From Candidatus Falkowbacteria bacterium RIFOXYC2_FULL_47_12 (GTDB lineage Bacteria; Patescibacteriota; Patescibacteriia; Patescibacteriales; XYC2-FULL-47-12), in contig MFGL01000020.1 of NCBI GenBank assembly GCA_001778285.1, positions 36,881 through 79,157 on the forward strand: a stretch of 42,277 nucleotides of DNA, written 5' to 3'. The notes under the pieces were generated by a model. That model was not told the origin of the DNA. It made no database searches and saw nothing but the letters and a program-made list of their open reading frames with translations. This document shows positions 41,496-42,277 of the stretch, in pieces (the stretch's first letter is position 1; the number at the start of each line of letters is the position of its first letter). The translations under genes were made by a program, and so were the position numbers.

Positions 41496-42277
41496 TTATT
41501 TATTAATCACATCTTCTCCATACACTCCACGCAGTAAATCTAAATCTTTCTTACTCTTTATCAGCAGGTCAATGTTTTTATCCTGCGCGCCTTTCAAAAA
41601 TTGCACGCCTGCCGTATCACCGACGTGTTCCTCGTACAGTCTGGCCAGGGACGCGAAATCTTTGATAAAACAACCGCCGCCTGCGCCGCGTCCGCTTTTG
41701 TGTAAAGGCTTTGCGTACCGATTGCAGATATAGGGGTCTGCTTCCAGTGCCTGCTGAATGTGCGCCCAGTCAGCCCCGCGCGCCGCCGCCAAATCATAGA
41801 GCGCGTTAAAGAGCACAATTTGCACGTACCCGCTCATATTGTGCGAGTACTTTATCAGTTCCGCCTCGGTGCTTGAACAAATATGGCTAAACGGCGCGGA
41901 CGGCAATACCGCCAAAACTTCCCGCGCGGCAACGCGGTGCGCCTCGTCATCCACTGACAGCCCCATGATATTTGAGAATGGATGCGCCGCGTCATGAGCC
42001 GCCGTGGCTTCAGACAAAAACTCCGGCGCGTACAGAATGGTAATGTTTGGATTCTCTTTTTGAAAACGCTCGGTTGTGCCGGGAAGTATTGTTGACTTTA
42101 TCACGGCGATATGGCCATCGCCCACCAAGCTCAGCGCTTCAGCGACAATGCTTGAATCAAAACCCTTCGGCGTGGTCGGCGTTGGCACGGCGATAAGCAC
42201 GATATCGCAATCTTTTATTTTTTCTTTATTCTGCCGGTACGGTTCCTCAAGCGCGTAGCGCACCGTCTCATGGTCGC
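41496..42277 (-). CDS. ugd: UDP-glucose 6-dehydrogenase family (partial; the N-terminus runs off the right edge)
   Basis: IVLIAVPTPT, TEAELIKYSHN and GRGAGGGCFIKD (compare GGSCFPKD). The frame stays open from 42263 to the window end; the track's 'M' at 42263 is a GTG. Confidence 0.8.
   Translation of the reverse strand, partial: DHETVRYALEEPYRQNKEKIKDCDIVLIAVPTPTTPKGFDSSIVAEALSLVGDGHIAVIKSTILPGTTERFQKENPNITILYAPEFLSEATAAHDAAHPFSNIMGLSVDDEAHRVAAREVLAVLPSAPFSHICSSTEAELIKYSHNMSGYVQIVLFNALYDLAAARGADWAHIQQALEADPYICNRYAKPLHKSGRGAGGGCFIKDFASLARLYEEHVGDTAGVQFLKGAQDKNIDLLIKSKKDLDLLRGVYGEDVINK

Overview
This 42.3 kb window is a cell-envelope glycan or glycoconjugate biosynthesis super-cluster. 39 of 40 predicted genes lie on the minus strand, packed tightly, with at least seven ATGA stop/start overlaps verified by eye. 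It contains a partial ABC exporter, an LtaS/sulfatase-type membrane enzyme, about ten GT-A/GT-B/GT-C-type glycosyltransferases and six class I SAM methyltransferases. Nucleotide-sugar enzymes include Ugd then UXS, a GalE-like SDR, Gmd, a WecB-like 2-epimerase, a WbpB/WbpD-like oxidoreductase plus acetyltransferase, DegT-type aminotransferases, a TylCIII-like C-methyltransferase and an AsnB-like amidotransferase. There is also an MBOAT + DltD-like O-acylation pair. Four things stand out. (1) At 3.7-10.3 kb, a DHQS-family sugar-phosphate cyclase fused to a nucleotidyltransferase sits with a second nucleotidyltransferase, a CDP-alcohol phosphotransferase, an APH-fold kinase, a Zn-dehydrogenase and a GT4. 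This is a candidate nucleotide-activated cyclitol/polyol-phosphate pathway that I cannot match to a characterised system. (2) At 22.5-24.9 kb there is a self-contained divergent unit: an orphan Cys-rich protein with a DUF218-like C-terminus plus the only plus-strand gene, a DMT transporter. It has palindromic back-to-back consensus promoters and its own terminator. (3) A near-consensus promoter overlaps three phased 10-bp repeats in front of a small excisionase-type HTH gene embedded in the cluster. (4) At 35.5-40.6 kb, three adjacent GT4 genes carry heptanucleotide tandem repeats and in-frame palindromic or GC-rich mini-insertions, one of which recurs in an intergenic spacer. No rRNA, tRNA, CRISPR, transposase or integrase was seen. 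The overall style suggests an uncultivated small-genome (CPR/Patescibacteria-like) bacterium, but that is only an impression. All functional calls rest on motif recognition by eye, not on database searches.
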